Assembly (NCBI GenBank): GCA_025060695.1
Contig: JANXBH010000008.1
Span: 2,094-66,093 of the forward strand
Origin: a candidate division WOR-3 bacterium
GTDB lineage: Bacteria; Hydrothermota; Hydrothermia; LBFQ01; DSFT01
Length of the DNA stretch: 64,000 nt
Direction of reading: 5' to 3'
Made by a program: the position numbers and the translations under genes. This document shows, in pieces, positions 19,032 through 27,910 of the stretch. Each line of letters opens with the position of its first letter. Positions within the stretch are counted from its first letter, which is position 1. The notes beneath the pieces were generated by a model. The model ran no database searches, had not been told where the DNA came from, and saw only the letters and a program-made list of their open reading frames with translations.

Positions 19032-20053
19032 TAGTTTCCAACTTGCTTAATTAAGCCCTTTATTTCTAATGAAGTAAGCGTAGAAATTAAAAGTGAATAG
19101 TCCTTAAAAATCTCAATTAGTTCATCTAAGCTAACTTTACCTACAATCTTTTCATAAACTTCTCTCTCAATTTCACTTAGTTCAACATCTTTCTTTATAT
19201 TTATTCTCCCAAGACCAAGCTCTAAAAGTATATCCTCTGGTGTTTCTACAACTTGTGCTATGTGAGATTTTATTAGTTTAATTGGACCTTTTGCTTGTGG
19301 AATATCTATCCTATTTGGAATAGTAAAAACCTCTTTGTTTAGGTCAAATGCATATCTTGCTGTAATTAGTGCTCCTGAGTCTTCATTTCCTTCTACTATC
19401 AAAACTCCTATACTTAAAGATGCTATTGTAAAGTTTCTAATAGGAAATGTTTCTTTTGAGGGTGGAAAATCTATGGGGAATTGTGAAATAATTAGCCCCC
19501 CTTCATTGTATATCTTTTTAAAAAGTTTTTCGTTTGACTTTGGATGTAAAATATTTATACCACTTCCTAAAACTACTATTGTATTGGGTGTTGCTCCAAG
19601 ATGAGCATAGCTATCAATTCCAATAGCTCCTCCTGAAACTATTGTTAGTTTTTCTGAGAGAATCTTTGAAAACTTATATGCAATGTTTTTTCCATAATCC
19701 GTCGGTTTTCTTGTCCCTACTATTGCAAATTTTAGTCTTTTTAGTAATTCTAAATTACCCCAAGCATAAATTATTGCAGTTGTATTTTCAATGTGTTTAA
19801 GTTCATAGGGAAACAAATCGTCATCTAATAAAATTATCTTAATGTTTAATTTATTTGCTTTTTCTACTTCCTCTTTTGCTCTTTTTATATCAAGCTGTTT
19901 TACTTTTCTCGCTACTTCTAATGGTAAAATTTCCATTAATTCGCTTATGTTAGCATTTACTATATTTTCAATATTTTTAAACTTATTTATTAATCTTCTG
20001 TATCTAACTGGACCTATTCCTTCAGTTAGTATTAATGCAAGTTTTTCAATCAT
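19016..20053 (-). CDS. dprA: DNA processing protein DprA (Smf).
   Basis: 345 aa; Rossmann-like DprA core (VVLGSGINILHP, GGLIISQFP). Confidence 0.8.
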   Translation of the reverse strand: MIEKLALILTEGIGPVRYRRLINKFKNIENIVNANISELMEILPLEVARKVKQLDIKRAKEEVEKANKLNIKIILLDDDLFPYELKHIENTTAIIYAWGNLELLKRLKFAIVGTRKPTDYGKNIAYKFSKILSEKLTIVSGGAIGIDSYAHLGATPNTIVVLGSGINILHPKSNEKLFKKIYNEGGLIISQFPIDFPPSKETFPIRNFTIASLSIGVLIVEGNEDSGALITARYAFDLNKEVFTIPNRIDIPQAKGPIKLIKSHIAQVVETPEDILLELGLGRINIKKDVELSEIEREVYEKIVGKVSLDELIEIFKDYSLLISTLTSLEIKGLIKQVGNYYERL

Positions 20054-20819
20054 CTTCTAATCTTGTTCTTTTTATTATACCCCTTTGTGAGGTTTTAATA
20101 AAATTTATAAGAAATTCAATGTCTTCATTTCTTGGTAGTTTTTCAAGCTCCTTTAGTGCATCACTTAAGTTTAAATTTGGATTTTTTATGATTTTAAAAG
20201 CTTCTGAAATTAAGTTTATTCTTTCTTCTGTAAACCCTCTTCTTTTAAGTCCAACTATATTTATTCCTATCAAGTAAGCAGGATTTCCCTCAACCATGGA
20301 AAATGGTAAAATATCTTGATTTACTCTTGACATACCACTGACTATGCTATATGCTCCAATCCTTGTAAATTGATGAACTCCAACTAATCCTGAAACATAT
20401 GCATAGTCTCCTACTTCTACATGTCCTGCAAGTTGAACTGCATTTACTATAATTGTCCCATTTCCAATTTTACAGTTATGAGCTATATGTGCATATGCCA
20501 TAATGTAATTGTCATTTCCTATAATAGTCTTACTTCCTTCCCCAGTAGACCTGTGTATGCTTACAAATTCCCTAATTATATTATTATCACCAATCTCTAC
20601 ATATGTATTTTCTCCCTTATATTTTACATCTTGAGGTTCCAAACCTATTACTACATTATGAAAAATTTTATTATTTTTACCAATTTTTACATATCCTTCT
20701 ATTACAACATTGTTTCCAATAATCGTATTATCTTCTACTATAACATTCTCACCAATATATGTATTTTCTCCAATTTTTACATTTCTGCCTATCTTAGCAG
20801 TTGGGTGAATGAACTTCAA
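20046..20819 (-). CDS. lpxA: Acyl-ACP--UDP-N-acetylglucosamine O-acyltransferase.
   Basis: 257 aa; hexapeptide repeats plus LpxA-specific C-terminal region (GLKRRGF). Confidence 0.85.
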   Translation of the reverse strand: MKFIHPTAKIGRNVKIGENTYIGENVIVEDNTIIGNNVVIEGYVKIGKNNKIFHNVVIGLEPQDVKYKGENTYVEIGDNNIIREFVSIHRSTGEGSKTIIGNDNYIMAYAHIAHNCKIGNGTIIVNAVQLAGHVEVGDYAYVSGLVGVHQFTRIGAYSIVSGMSRVNQDILPFSMVEGNPAYLIGINIVGLKRRGFTEERINLISEAFKIIKNPNLNLSDALKELEKLPRNEDIEFLINFIKTSQRGIIKRTRLEDD

Positions 20820-21811
20820 ACTTTTATTTCTTCCTGTTTTCTTCCAAATATTATTCTTCCCGTTTCACTTTGATATATTGAAACAATTTCAATTTCTATT
20901 TCTCTCCCCATATCCCTTTTAGCATGATCTACTACTACCATAGTTCCATCTTCAAGATATCCAAGACCCTGGTCAGGTTCTTTACCTTCCCTAATAATTC
21001 TAATTTTCATTTTATCACCAGGCATAACAGGTAGTGATAGCGCTTTTGTAATTTTATTTATGTTTATTACCTCAACACCTTGAATTTCGGCTAATTTTTG
21101 TAAATTGTAATCGGTTGTTATAATAGGAATTTTCCTATTTCTTGCAATATTAATTAGTCTATGATCTACCTCTCTATTTCTTGGACTATCGGAAATAATT
21201 TCTACTTTTATGATTTTTCCTGATAGTTGCTTTAATCCTTCTAAAACAGAAAGTCCTCTTCTTCCCTTTTCTCTTCTTAGTGGATCTGTAGAGTCCGCAA
21301 TATGCTGAACTTCACCAATTACAAATCTTGGGACTAATAGCTCACCTTCTAATATTCCTTCTTTTGCTATTTCAAGTATTCTCCCGTCTATTAAAGCACT
21401 TGTGTCTATGAGTTTTGGTCTTCCAAGCACATCTGTGAAGTCTCTCTGGAAGAAACTAACGATTTCTCCGAATTTTAGGTCTTTCCTCTTGACATAAGAG
21501 AATAGCACAAATATATAAATCACAATTAGATTCAGTACGAGGTATATATAACTATGAACTATTGAAGGTGTAAATTTTGCAACTATAGAAGATAGAAGAT
21601 TTCCTATTATCAGTGCAATTGCTAAGGAAACTGAGAAAGTGATAACAGATTTTATTTTTCTGTTAGCTATGAAATTAGAGATAAGATAGGAAATGGCGGA
21701 AACTATGATAGCTGGTATTAAGGACACGTACCAAGTAAATCCAAAGTTTATAAAACCAAAAAATACACTTAAAGCTATAAGTATCGTAAAAATTATATTT
21801 ATAACACTCAT
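20816..21811 (-). CDS. Membrane-anchored PIN/TRAM-domain protein (YacL-like).
   Basis: 331 aa; N-terminal TM helices, central PIN-like region and C-terminal TRAM-like beta-domain. Confidence 0.65.
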   Translation of the reverse strand: MSVINIIFTILIALSVFFGFINFGFTWYVSLIPAIIVSAISYLISNFIANRKIKSVITFSVSLAIALIIGNLLSSIVAKFTPSIVHSYIYLVLNLIVIYIFVLFSYVKRKDLKFGEIVSFFQRDFTDVLGRPKLIDTSALIDGRILEIAKEGILEGELLVPRFVIGEVQHIADSTDPLRREKGRRGLSVLEGLKQLSGKIIKVEIISDSPRNREVDHRLINIARNRKIPIITTDYNLQKLAEIQGVEVININKITKALSLPVMPGDKMKIRIIREGKEPDQGLGYLEDGTMVVVDHAKRDMGREIEIEIVSIYQSETGRIIFGRKQEEIKV

Positions 21812-21857
21812 ACAATTTCACCTCGTCTTCTTTGATAATTTTAAAGCACAGAATATG

Positions 21858-22835
21858 CTATCTGTTTTCTAAGTAATTTTTAAGAAAGTTGAATGTAAGT
21901 TCTATATCTTTTTTGTGAGCGATTTGAAGTGGAGTATGTATATATCTACATGGGACTGATATTACAATAGTTGGAAACTTTTGATGTAAAATTCCTGCAT
22001 CTGTTGAACCTATCATAGGTCTTTTAACTTGAAATGGTATTTTGTATTTTTCAAAGTGGAAGATAAATTCCTTTAAGATATGTGGCTTTACAATAAAACT
22101 CTTATCCGCAATGGTTATACATGGACCTTTAGATAAAAATGAAGATTGTTCTTCTTCTTTAATATATGGACTTTCAGCACTCGTAGTTTCTATGACAATT
22201 GCAAGATCTACATTTATATGTTCCAATATTGCCTTTGCTCCTCTCATTCCTACTTCCTCTTCAACACAAAAACAGAAATAAGTATCAAAATAATTGTTTA
22301 CATTTTTTATAAGTTCAATTGCTATAAACGTTCCAATTCTATTATCAAAAGCCTTTCCCATAATAATATTTTCTGAAATTTCTCTATAGCTGTAGTCTAT
22401 AAGAGCAAAGTCTCCAATATTTACTTTTTCATAATTTTCCACAACATCTACGAAAAGTGAGAATACACTATCTAATTCTATTTTATAGTTTTCAAGATGC
22501 GGAGGAATAGTTGAAAATACTCCATAGACAAAATCTTCTTTTGTTTTTATTTTTACTAAGTGAGAGGGAAGTATTTTCGCATCCCAACTACCAAGTGGAG
22601 AAAGTTTTATAAATCCTTTACTTTTAGATGCAACTATAAATCCTATTTCATCAATATGACATTCTATTAGAATTTTTTTTGAACTACTTTTTCCTTTTTT
22701 ATAAAATATTAAGTTTCCATATGTATCTTCGTATATATCATCTCCTAATTCACTCCTTATGATTTCCTTGACCTCTATTTCAAATCCTGATGGACCAAAT
22801 GCATTACTAAGTTTTTCAAGTAATTTAAAGTCCAT
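21858..22835 (-). CDS. M42-family metallo-aminopeptidase (FrvX/glutamyl aminopeptidase-like).
   Basis: 325 aa; M42-family sequence (ECHIDEIGF, GMRGA). Confidence 0.8.
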   Translation of the reverse strand: MDFKLLEKLSNAFGPSGFEIEVKEIIRSELGDDIYEDTYGNLIFYKKGKSSSKKILIECHIDEIGFIVASKSKGFIKLSPLGSWDAKILPSHLVKIKTKEDFVYGVFSTIPPHLENYKIELDSVFSLFVDVVENYEKVNIGDFALIDYSYREISENIIMGKAFDNRIGTFIAIELIKNVNNYFDTYFCFCVEEEVGMRGAKAILEHINVDLAIVIETTSAESPYIKEEEQSSFLSKGPCITIADKSFIVKPHILKEFIFHFEKYKIPFQVKRPMIGSTDAGILHQKFPTIVISVPCRYIHTPLQIAHKKDIELTFNFLKNYLENR

Positions 22836-22851
22836 ATTAAAATTTTAAATC
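22836..22851 (-). promoter_or_regulatory. GATTTAAAATTTTAAT immediately 5' of the M42 peptidase ATG.
   Basis: Same motif and the same spacing. Confidence 0.4.
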
Positions 22852-22873
22852 TTCAATACCATAAAATTTCAAA

Positions 22874-24250
22874 ATGATGATTTATATTCTTTCTACAATA
22901 AATTTTTTATTTAAAGAACCATCCTTATATGAACTTGTCTTTCCCATAAAAAATCCATACTTATTTAAAAATTTCTATTTTACTTTTTCTCTAAATTCTG
23001 AAGAAAGTTCGACTTTAGATATAGGATTGTTTTATAAGCAAAATGGTGTTTTGGATGATAGTTTTTATATGGAGCAAAAACAAGTGTTTGGTAAAAGGGG
23101 AGGTATAAATAGTATTGGTGTTGGTTATAAAATTGGTAATCTCCAATTTAATTTTAAGTATTACTTAAATGAACTATTTTATATTGAAACGTCTGATAAT
23201 TATCAAATAAAGAGGTGGGACATGGTATTTGGTAAAATTAGAGATACTTTGTATCCAAGTGATATAAAGAATTTAGATAGAAGTATTATAGTTGAATATG
23301 ACTTTGACTCTCTCTATAGGAATTTAAATCTAAATTCATCGGGAAAGTTTTCTATATATGCTAATCCTATTGTTTTTGAACTTGGTTATAAAAATTTTTT
23401 GATAGGTTCGGAAATGAGATTTCTATATCAATTAGGAAATAGTATAGAGTATAGTGCAAGAAACTATTATCTTTCGTATACGCCGAAAGTAAAGATTTTA
23501 AACTATAATAATTATTTATGGCAAGCATACTTAAGAGCTGTTGCAAATATGCCCGATCCTTTCAAAATAAAAAGAACATTTCAATTAGAAAAGCAAAATC
23601 ACTTTAGTTTTTATTTTGCATATTTTAACAATAATACATTATTTAAAGTTGGCTACTCCCCTTCTTTAAAAATAAATCTTGAAACCTTGGATGATATATC
23701 TTATATAGTTTTTGTTTCAAATAATATAGACTCAGTAAAATTAAATCCAGGTTCTAACTATCTTTATGTAATAAAGGAAGGAGATACTTTTAAAATTTTG
23801 AATTTTTCAGAAGTTTATCTATTTTTTAGTTATAAAGATACAAGTTTTAAAAATGTAAGTTATGTTTATTATGAAATTCCCTCAAGTCTTATTTTTGAGC
23901 TATATTACAGCTTCAAGTTAAAGAATTTCAATTTTACTATCTTTTCAGGTCAAAAGTCATTAAAAAGGCTTTATTTGGGTTTATCCAATACACATAAACT
24001 TTATGGGAAGGTAATTTCTAACTATGGATATGTTTTCAATAAAAATGCATTTTTTGATTACCAGACATTTTTCTTCAATGCACTTGTCCCAACAGGAAGA
24101 TTTTTATTTAGTTTCGGTGGAAAGTTAGATTTTCATAATAAGTTTCAACATTTTATTCTTAATAATTTACTCAAAGATTATCTAAATTTCTACAAGTCAT
24201 CCTCCTTACCTTCTATTGGTTTTAATTTTCAAGTAAGTTATATAAGATAA
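22874..24250 (+). CDS. Hypothetical aromatic-rich protein with an alternating hydrophobic pattern; possible outer-membrane beta-barrel.
   Basis: 458 aa; high Y/F/N content in an amphipathic beta-strand-like pattern; no recognised motif. Confidence 0.35.
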   Translation: MMIYILSTINFLFKEPSLYELVFPIKNPYLFKNFYFTFSLNSEESSTLDIGLFYKQNGVLDDSFYMEQKQVFGKRGGINSIGVGYKIGNLQFNFKYYLNELFYIETSDNYQIKRWDMVFGKIRDTLYPSDIKNLDRSIIVEYDFDSLYRNLNLNSSGKFSIYANPIVFELGYKNFLIGSEMRFLYQLGNSIEYSARNYYLSYTPKVKILNYNNYLWQAYLRAVANMPDPFKIKRTFQLEKQNHFSFYFAYFNNNTLFKVGYSPSLKINLETLDDISYIVFVSNNIDSVKLNPGSNYLYVIKEGDTFKILNFSEVYLFFSYKDTSFKNVSYVYYEIPSSLIFELYYSFKLKNFNFTIFSGQKSLKRLYLGLSNTHKLYGKVISNYGYVFNKNAFFDYQTFFFNALVPTGRFLFSFGGKLDFHNKFQHFILNNLLKDYLNFYKSSSLPSIGFNFQVSYIR

Positions 24251-24251
24251 T

Positions 24252-25073
24252 TTATTTATTTTTTATTCTTTTGTCCCAAAGACCCATTTTTTTTCTTTTC
24301 TCAAAAGTTAGTTCTACGATATGTTTATTTATCTCTGAAATAACTCTCGGTTTTTCACTTTCTGCATTCTCAAGCCTTTTAATTGCATATTGCACGTATT
24401 CTTGAGATATGTCTATACCAATAAAGTCTTTATTTAAAAGTTTTGATGCAACAAGGGTAGTGCCAGTACCACAAAAAGGGTCTATAACTGTACCCGGTTT
24501 ATCTTCAAGAACTGAGTAAATTATTCTTGTTGGAAGTTCTATAGGAAAAACAGCTGGATGGTCTTTATGACTTTGTTCTGGTCTTATTTCCCATACTGAT
24601 GTAAGCTTTGCATGCCTTGGTTTTAATTCTTCTGGTTTTCCCTTTACAAGCCAGTATATACGCTCTTCTACCTGCCAAAATCTCCAGCCTCTTATGTTAC
24701 CCGCTATTTTCCTGTGCCATATTATCTCCTGCCATATAGTCCATTTAGTTTTTACTAACCAGCTTATAGGATGTATCATTTTCCTATTTTCATATCTAAC
24801 TTTGTGGTTATAAAAAAAGCTACCCCCTTCTTTGGTTATTCTATATAGTTCATCAAGCACTTCAACTTGCCAGCTTTGGTAGTCTTCCTCTTCTCTTTTG
24901 TCCTTAGCACCTGTATATACAACTTTTGGAACGAGCCATCCACCGTGCTTTTCTTTTTTATTGTATGGCGGAGAGGTAATGCCAAGGTCTATACAGGAAT
25001 TAGGTATTTGTGAAAGCACTTCCAATACATCCCCACATATAACTTTGTTTATAAACTCTTCAATGGGTTTCAT
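24252..25073 (-). CDS. Beta-class DNA amino-methyltransferase (N4-cytosine or N6-adenine).
   Basis: SPPY (motif IV) near the N-terminus and DPFCGTGTT (motif I) near the C-terminus, which is the beta-class order. Confidence 0.8.
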   Translation of the reverse strand: MKPIEEFINKVICGDVLEVLSQIPNSCIDLGITSPPYNKKEKHGGWLVPKVVYTGAKDKREEEDYQSWQVEVLDELYRITKEGGSFFYNHKVRYENRKMIHPISWLVKTKWTIWQEIIWHRKIAGNIRGWRFWQVEERIYWLVKGKPEELKPRHAKLTSVWEIRPEQSHKDHPAVFPIELPTRIIYSVLEDKPGTVIDPFCGTGTTLVASKLLNKDFIGIDISQEYVQYAIKRLENAESEKPRVISEINKHIVELTFEKRKKMGLWDKRIKNK

Positions 25074-25080
25074 TGGATAT

Positions 25081-25620
25081 TTAATCTTTAAAGCTGAAAG
25101 TTGCAGACCTCAAATACTGACCTTTCTTCCTTATTAAATCATCTCCGAAGAATGATTTTAAGGCTTTTTCTATCTTGCTTTTTAAACAATGAAAGTCAAA
25201 CTCAAGTATGTATATAAGATGCCCTTTTACATATCCGCAAGCTAATACCTTTGGTTTATTAGACAGATCTTTCTTAAACCTCTCTGGCGTATAATCATTA
25301 AAGCTACCACTACCGTTTAACTTTTTTTTCTCTTTGTCAGTATTTTGAGGCTTTACTTCACAAAATTCTAATCTATCGCTATCTACAGCTTGCTTGTATT
25401 CGTCATATCCCAACTTTTTCTGTGTAGGCTCGTATCCAGCAATGTACAGAGCTACCAATTCTCTCAGCTTTGAGGAATTTTTGTCGTTGAAATACATAGT
25501 TAGTATTTCAATAAGAAGGTCTTTGATAATAGGCTTTGAAAGTTTGTTCAAAAACTTTCTAAAATCTATCTCTTTATCCTTAGCATAGAGTATAAGGCTC
25601 CTTTTAAGATTTTCATTCAT
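25081..25620 (-). CDS. Uncharacterised 179-aa protein adjacent to the methyltransferase; candidate cognate restriction endonuclease, not demonstrated.
   Basis: 7-nt gap to the MTase; weak D...EVK (PD-(D/E)xK-like) pattern at DSDRLEFCEVK, but the spacing is shorter than usual. Confidence 0.3.
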   Translation of the reverse strand: MNENLKRSLILYAKDKEIDFRKFLNKLSKPIIKDLLIEILTMYFNDKNSSKLRELVALYIAGYEPTQKKLGYDEYKQAVDSDRLEFCEVKPQNTDKEKKKLNGSGSFNDYTPERFKKDLSNKPKVLACGYVKGHLIYILEFDFHCLKSKIEKALKSFFGDDLIRKKGQYLRSATFSFKD

Positions 25621-25635
25621 TTACCATAATACAAT

Positions 25636-25875
25636 TTAATAATTTCTTCTGTTGTTTTTTTCCCTTCTAAGGGCTTTCCTTGTTATTACCACATTTATAG
25701 CTTTTGGACCTTTTTCAGTATTTTCTATTTCAAATGTTACTTCATCGCCTTCGTTTAGTGTTCTATATTCATTTGATTGAATGCTCGTGTAATGGACAAA
25801 TATACTCTTTCCATCTTCGCTATCTATGAACCCATATCCTTTCTTTGGGTTGAACCATTTTACTTTACCTTTCAT
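25636..25875 (-). CDS. cspA: Cold-shock protein (CspA family).
   Basis: GKVKWFNPKKGYGFI and VHYTSI RNP motifs; long leader carrying an AGGAGG SD. Confidence 0.9.
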   Translation of the reverse strand: MKGKVKWFNPKKGYGFIDSEDGKSIFVHYTSIQSNEYRTLNEGDEVTFEIENTEKGPKAINVVITRKALRREKNNRRNY

Positions 25876-25928
25876 CTTTTCCTCCTTATAAATTATAAAA
25901 TTGTAGAAATTTTAAAGCATAAAATTTT

Positions 25929-26957
25929 TTAATTCAATAACCTATTAAAATAGTTTAGATATTTCAAAGCGACTTCTTTTGAAAAGATAATAATAACATT
26001 TTCGTCATTTTCATTGTCTGCGTTGGATGAAAAGTTATATGAACCTGTTATAACTATAGAACTATCAACAATAATTACCTTGTTGTGCATATTCTTTGGA
26101 TTTTTGTCTAATATTACATTCATGCCTTTTTCTTTTAGTTTTTCATACTCGGAAAATTTACTAACTTGACGAGTTTCAAATATTCCACTTACCTTTACGC
26201 CTCTGCTATGTGCTCTAATCATAGCACTTGCAATTTTATCGTGTGTAAACGAAAATGCCATAAAGTCAATAGTTTTTTGAGATTGATCAATTATTTCAAT
26301 AATTCTTCTGCTTGGTTTTTCTTCTGGTGAGAAATAGTTTTCAATCCTAATATCATCTAACATTATTATGTTATTGCCAATTTTTTCTTTAGCTCTTGAA
26401 AATTTCTTTTCGTAGAACATTTGATTAAATTCTTTTAAATAGTTCCCTGCGAGGGCTTTTGACCTAATTATTAAAATATTGTTGTCATTCTTGTAAATAT
26501 CATTGTCTGTCCAGTTCATAGACCCTGTAATAACTATTTCTTCATCAATTATAGCAAATTTATGATGCATATAGCTATTATCTTCTTGAAATACAACTTC
26601 AATATTACTATTTAAAACTTTTTGTAATTCTGGATAATCTAAGTTATCCTTGTCAGTTATTATTTTTACATCAATACCTCTGTTTTTTGCGTCCATTAGA
26701 CCTTGTATTAATTCCCTATTTCCAATTTCAAAAACCGCAATATAAATACTTTTCTTTGCATTATCTAAATAGGACTTAATTTTAGGTACTACATCATCGT
26801 ATCTTGTAAATAGCACTAAAATGGACTTATCGGAGTGAATTGTTTGATAATTCTCCTCAAAATAACAACTTCTAAATATAGAAGAACTTGATATAACTAA
26901 GAGAAGAACTATAGCTGAAATAAGTCTAATGTTTAAAATTTTTCTATATCTTCTCAT
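25929..26957 (-). CDS. Phospholipase D family protein with two HKD motifs and an N-terminal signal/TM segment.
   Basis: Two HKD motifs: HHKFAIIDEEIVITGSMNWTDN and HNKVIIVDSSIVITGSYNFSSN; hydrophobic N-terminus. Confidence 0.75.
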   Translation of the reverse strand: MRRYRKILNIRLISAIVLLLVISSSSIFRSCYFEENYQTIHSDKSILVLFTRYDDVVPKIKSYLDNAKKSIYIAVFEIGNRELIQGLMDAKNRGIDVKIITDKDNLDYPELQKVLNSNIEVVFQEDNSYMHHKFAIIDEEIVITGSMNWTDNDIYKNDNNILIIRSKALAGNYLKEFNQMFYEKKFSRAKEKIGNNIIMLDDIRIENYFSPEEKPSRRIIEIIDQSQKTIDFMAFSFTHDKIASAMIRAHSRGVKVSGIFETRQVSKFSEYEKLKEKGMNVILDKNPKNMHNKVIIVDSSIVITGSYNFSSNADNENDENVIIIFSKEVALKYLNYFNRLLN

Positions 26958-27910
26958 TTATTTTTTATTTTGTTTAAAACCGATTGTTTTATCTCAGAAA
27001 TCAATATACCATCTTTATATGCTTTCTCTATATCGTTTTCTATATCTTTTAAAAACTTTCTTGCGCTTTCGTCATCCATATTTTCTGTAATTGTCTCATT
27101 GTCGTATAACCATTCATAAAGCATTCTTTTTTCTCTTTCTCTCAAATTAAAACACTTATCAATATTTTCAAATACTTCTATCATTAGATTATCTACATCC
27201 ACGTTTAAAATTTCACTTGCCTTTTGATATATAAGCTTTACATTTTTGGGTTCATTTATTGTTTTTCCTAATTGAGGTGGTGTAAGATATGGACTGTCAG
27301 TTTCAAAAAATGTATTTCTTAAATTGGTGTACTTCAATGCTTCTATAATGTAAGGATTTTTGTAAGTAATCATTCCCGAAAATGATAAAAAGTAATTTTT
27401 ATCTAAAATTTTCCTTGCAATTTCCTTATCTCCACTAAATGAGTGAAATACTACTTTTTTTAAATCGTAGCCATCTAAAATTCCAATTGCAAGTTCAAAA
27501 ACTTTATAAGAATCCTTTTGGTCTCTTAAGTGCAAAACGACTGGAAGATTATACTTTATAGCAAGTTCTATTTGCTTTTTAAAACCTTCAATTTGAACTT
27601 CTTTATCGAATTTATTCCAGTAAAAGTCTAAACCAATTTCCCCAATTGCAATAACTTTATGGTGTTCTAATAAGTTTTCCAATTCTTCTATCTTATTAAT
27701 TTCATTAATGCTATTTGGATGTATTCCCAATATTGCATAAACTATCTCGTATTTTTCTGAGATTTCTAAAGCTTTTTTAGAGGATGCTATATCATAGCCC
27801 ACGCAAAATATTCTTTTTACATTCTCTTTTTTAGCATTTTCTACAATATTGTCTAAATTATTATATTCTTCGCTATTTAAATGAGCATGCGTATCTATGT
27901 AAATTTTCAC
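26954..27910 (-). CDS. tatD: TatD-family metal-dependent hydrolase/DNase with a C-terminal extension of about 60 aa.
   Basis: YIDTHAHL N-terminus and TatD-type TIM-barrel motifs; 318 aa against a typical ~260 aa. Confidence 0.75.
   Translation of the reverse strand: MKIYIDTHAHLNSEEYNNLDNIVENAKKENVKRIFCVGYDIASSKKALEISEKYEIVYAILGIHPNSINEINKIEELENLLEHHKVIAIGEIGLDFYWNKFDKEVQIEGFKKQIELAIKYNLPVVLHLRDQKDSYKVFELAIGILDGYDLKKVVFHSFSGDKEIARKILDKNYFLSFSGMITYKNPYIIEALKYTNLRNTFFETDSPYLTPPQLGKTINEPKNVKLIYQKASEILNVDVDNLMIEVFENIDKCFNLREREKRMLYEWLYDNETITENMDDESARKFLKDIENDIEKAYKDGILISEIKQSVLNKIKNK

Noticed and set aside
25081-25620. A confident call of the 179-aa protein as a type II restriction endonuclease.
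   Set aside because: The only support is adjacency to the methyltransferase and a weak, too-closely-spaced D...EVK pattern. I list it as a candidate only.
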